Notes under the pieces: model-generated
Seen by the model: only the letters and a program-made list of their open reading frames with translations
Database searches by the model: none
What the model was told of the DNA's origin: nothing
Shown: one piece after another, positions 48,884 to 52,168 of the stretch
Numbering within the stretch: position 1 is the first letter of the stretch
Layout of the letters: each line of letters begins with the position of its first letter
Position numbers and translations under genes: made by a program
Assembly (NCBI RefSeq): GCF_001194135.2
Contig: NC_068982.1
Coordinates: 190,256,390-190,308,557, forward strand
Direction: 5' to 3'
From: Octopus bimaculoides
Taxonomy: Eukaryota
DNA: 52,168 nucleotides

Positions 48884-49295
48884 GTTCATACACTTACTAT
48901 TACATTGATAGTTAACAGAGCCACTTATGGAGCTGAATGCTGGATTATAAAGAAGATTGATCAAAGGAAAGTTGAAGCATTTGAACAACAGTGTTTTAGA
49001 CGCATTCTCAGAATAAGCTGGGCCGATAAAAGAACTAATGAGTGGGTCCTTTGCAAGATAAAGTGCCAGGAAAGAAAATGGATCTTCACCGGCCATTATC
49101 TTAGAAGACAAGACTTTGATAAACTCCTGTTAAAAGGTGCAGCATATGGTAAAAGAACAAAAGGAAAACATAAAACTAGATTTAGCGAAAACATCAAAGA
49201 AACTAATGGCAGAAGCTTTGCAGAACTCTGCAGACATGATTGAAGGGCCGCTGCGGCTCAATCATTTGACCCTTTCGTCAAGAGAAGAAGTAAAG
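48884..49295 (+). mobile_element. RTE-clade LINE C-terminal fragment fused in frame to the L1 endonuclease start
   Basis: ATYGAECWIIKKIDQRKVEAFEQQCFRRILRISWADKRTNEWVL..FTGHYLRR..GKRTKGKHKTRFSENIKE is the post-RT region of RTE elements. Confidence 0.8.
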
Positions 49296-49936
49296 AGTCA
49301 GGGCATATGGTATAATGTGCATTATTTTCAAAGCTAAGGAAAGGAAGAAAACACAAAATCAGCTTGAACAGGATACAATAGAAAAATTCCCATATCTTAT
49401 ATGGCCATATTTTACATCTGGTGATAGCGAGGCTAGTAACGGTGTCTTTATGTAGCTCAGGTTATTTATTGTTCGTTTTTTTTTTGTTTTGTGACGATCG
49501 TAGTTTGAACTGGTGAACTGTGTGTTTGCTGTTGCAGCGATTGTCAGCTTGTAAAATATGGTAGTTTTTTTCTGTACTCTCTACACGATACACCTGTCCA
49601 TAAATGGTTCGAGAGTATTTGGGACAGAGGAACACAAGGGTCACTACCAATGACAATAGTGATGGGGACAACTCCTTGGTTTATGAACACTTTGGTGATA
49701 TAACAAGGGAAGGAGGTCAACAATGAAGTCACTTCCGCTGATTTCTGCCATGAAGGGAAACCATTGGGCCGGTGGATTTCCAAGATATAGCCTCCCCCCC
49801 CCCCNNNNNNNNNNNNNNNNNNNNNNNNNNNNNNNNNNNNNNNNNNNNNNNNNNNNNNNNNNNNNNNNNNNNNNNNNNNNNNNNNNNNNNNNNNNNNNNN
49901 NNNNNNNNNNNNNNNNNNNNNNNNNNNNNNNNNNNN

Positions 49937-50733
49937 AAGAAGGCAGTCAGGGTCAAATGCTTCTTCTGGCTGTCTCTACACGTATACTCGGCCGGTAATC
50001 GGAAGTAAGATAAAGGATGACTCATCCAAGAAAATAACATTCTTCCACTGCTCTAGGGACCAATTCGGTAGGTTTTTACTCCACTCTAAATGCTTTGCAA
50101 CGTTTGTTTCTGAAAGTAGTTGTTTTCTGATTGCAGCCCTCCCGTGAAATCCGGCTTTGTGCAGCTCCCGACGAACAGTTTTTGTGGAAACTGGGTTCTC
50201 GAGGTGGTCACTAAGCTCTGCAATAGTTTTGGGAGGTTTCTGCCAATTCCTTACTCTTCAGATACCACTTAGTATGGAGAGATTGCCAGCTCTTTGTTCT
50301 GTTGTGATCCTTTTGTGATCCTTTCTAACAATTCGTGTAAGAGTGCGACGGTTCCTATCTGAAAGTTTGGGTTTTCTTTCGGAATTTTGTTTCGACGAAG
50401 TTTTCGCCGCTTTCTCAAAGCTATCATTACTTTCGAGACAGTACTTCTAGATATACTAAACATTTCGGCTGTTTTCGTTACGCTAGCGCCTACCATACGA
50501 GCACCGACAATTTGATCTCTTTGAAAGTCCGATAGATCTGTCATTTTAATAAATTTTAATTACCTTTTTCTGATGATATCTGAAAAGAAACAGCAATTTT
50601 AGCCAATGATATTAAGCAGCACTAATAATAAATAAATAAAAAACAAAATAAACAAGCTTTTGACGGTTTCATAGATATTTCAAAATTATGATGCTATGAT
50701 GCTAGGTGTTTCCATTATTTTGTCCAACCCTTG
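49937..50733 (-). mobile_element. Tc1-like transposon 5' half (left TIR, paired/HTH domain, first catalytic Asp), cut off at an assembly gap
   Basis: TA|CAAGGGTTGGACAAAATAATGGAAACAC terminus; ORF MTDLSDFQRDQIVGARMVGASVTKTAEMF..SRSTVSKV, then after frameshifts VSTKTVRRELHKAGFHGRAA..WKNVIFLDESSF. Confidence 0.9.
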
Positions 50734-50747
50734 TATATATATATATA

Positions 50748-51108
50748 TGTAAAGAATAAAAAGTTTAGGAAGGTATAACAATGCACTGTAGAACAAAAAA
50801 TGGACTGTATACCTGTTGTAACTTGGTAAACTATAGTCCGATGATATTTCGGAATTAGAATTCCTTCTTCAGATCTTATTTGCTGGAGCCTCTGCTATAA
50901 ACTGTTTTCCAACGGTTTTTCTTTTTTCTGAAGCGTCTCAAGAGTGGAAAACAGTTTATAGCAGAGGCTCCAGCAAATAAGATCTGAAGAAGGAATTCTA
51001 ATTCCGAAATATCATCGGACTATAGTTTACCAAGTTACAACAGGTATACAGTCCATTTTTTGTTCTATAGTGCATTGTTATACCTTCCTAAACTTTTTAT
51101 TCTTTACA
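50748..51108. repeat. Near-perfect fold-back element: 164-bp inverted arms (50748-50911 / 50945-51108), 33-nt spacer
   Basis: Compared base by base: no indels and one mismatch (gcactGtagaac vs gcactAtagaac). Confidence 0.93.
50981..51016 (+). ncRNA. Minimal type-I hammerhead ribozyme motif (mirror copy on - at about 50840-50875)
   Basis: GAT-CTGAAGA-A-GGAATT(ct)AATTCC-GAAA-TATC|ATC: intact CUGANGA and GAAA core, 6-bp stem II, palindromic ATAT stem III, AUC cleavage triplet after 51013, 3-bp stem I. Confidence 0.65.
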
Positions 51109-52036
51109 AACAATACACAATGCTTCAAGCGAGCTACAATACTCTCCTATATATATATTGTTCTTTTTTTTAATTTGTTTTAGATATTTGACTGCGGCCA
51201 TGGTGGAGCGCCGCCGATAGTTGAACAAATCGATCCAAGGACTTATTCTTTGTAAGCCTAGTATTTATTCTATCGGTCCCTTTTGCCGAACCGCTAAGTT
51301 ACAGAGACGTAATCACACCAGCATCGGTTGTCAAACGATGGTGAGGGGTACGAACACAGACACACACACACACACACACACACGCATATACACGACGGGC
51401 TTCTTTCAGTTTCCGTCTACCAAATCCACTCACAAGACTTTGGTCAGCTTGAGGCTATAGTAGAAGACACTTGCTCAAGGTGCCATGCAGTGATATTGGA
51501 CCCGGAACCATGTGGTTGTGAAGCAAGCTTCTTACCACACAGCCATTCTTGCGCTGCTTCCGTTTAAATTTCTGTGTCATATATAAGTAATATACGAAAG
51601 TCTTTCTTCAAATGTGTGTTTGTGTGTAATTATGCAAGTTTTTTTCTTTCGGCGCATTATTAGAGGCTCGGCTTTTGTCAGAATCTGCTGTTTATATTCT
51701 ATATTTGACGATTTATTTAAGGTGAGTCACTATAGGAATAAAATTTAAATTTACGACCATCTGACACTACACAAATAACCATAATTACAGAGTTTGTAAT
51801 TATGTAAACATAAAAATAAGAACCTATTTACGTTTTAAATCTTTTAATTAAGCCATCTTCTGGAATTTTGAATTAAGTGTAGACGGAGGCAACAGTGTCT
51901 TTGAAGAAAACTAAATATATCTTACATCTACTTGTCGCTCTGTAAATCACTATAATGACCGTGTCTGTGAAAATAAATATCAACTAATTATTTAAGTTTT
52001 GTCGGTGTTAAACCATGCGATGCACTTCAAATAAAG

Positions 52037-52083
<47 letters not shown>

Positions 52084-52123
52084 CAGACAGGCACAGAGAT
52101 AGATAGATAGATACATAGGCAAG

Positions 52124-52168
<45 letters not shown>

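Overview
AT-rich, microsatellite- and SINE-dense metazoan genomic DNA with about 4 kb of N gaps. The repeat repertoire looks like an octopus (coleoid cephalopod); this is an inference. There are two convergent protein-coding genes. (1) The last five coding exons of a rapsyn (RAPSN) orthologue lie on + (2180-9870). They were reconstructed by eye with GT-AG boundaries and end in an intact RING-H2 finger. (2) An AP-4 beta subunit (AP4B1) lies on - with only two coding exons (22657-22556 and 19291-17771, 540 aa), and it appears to stop at the end of the trunk with no hinge or ear. The rest is transposon debris: three or more tRNA-derived SINE families, RTE, CR1-like, R4/Dong and L1/Tx1 LINE fragments, and Tc1/mariner fragments. 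The most unusual signals are three unrelated fold-back (palindromic) elements that each carry minimal hammerhead-ribozyme motifs, one with 164-bp arms and a single mismatch; an in-frame L1-endonuclease/RTE chimeric ORF; the ear-less, intron-poor AP4B1; and an apparent CpG-decay boundary near 21.4 kb.
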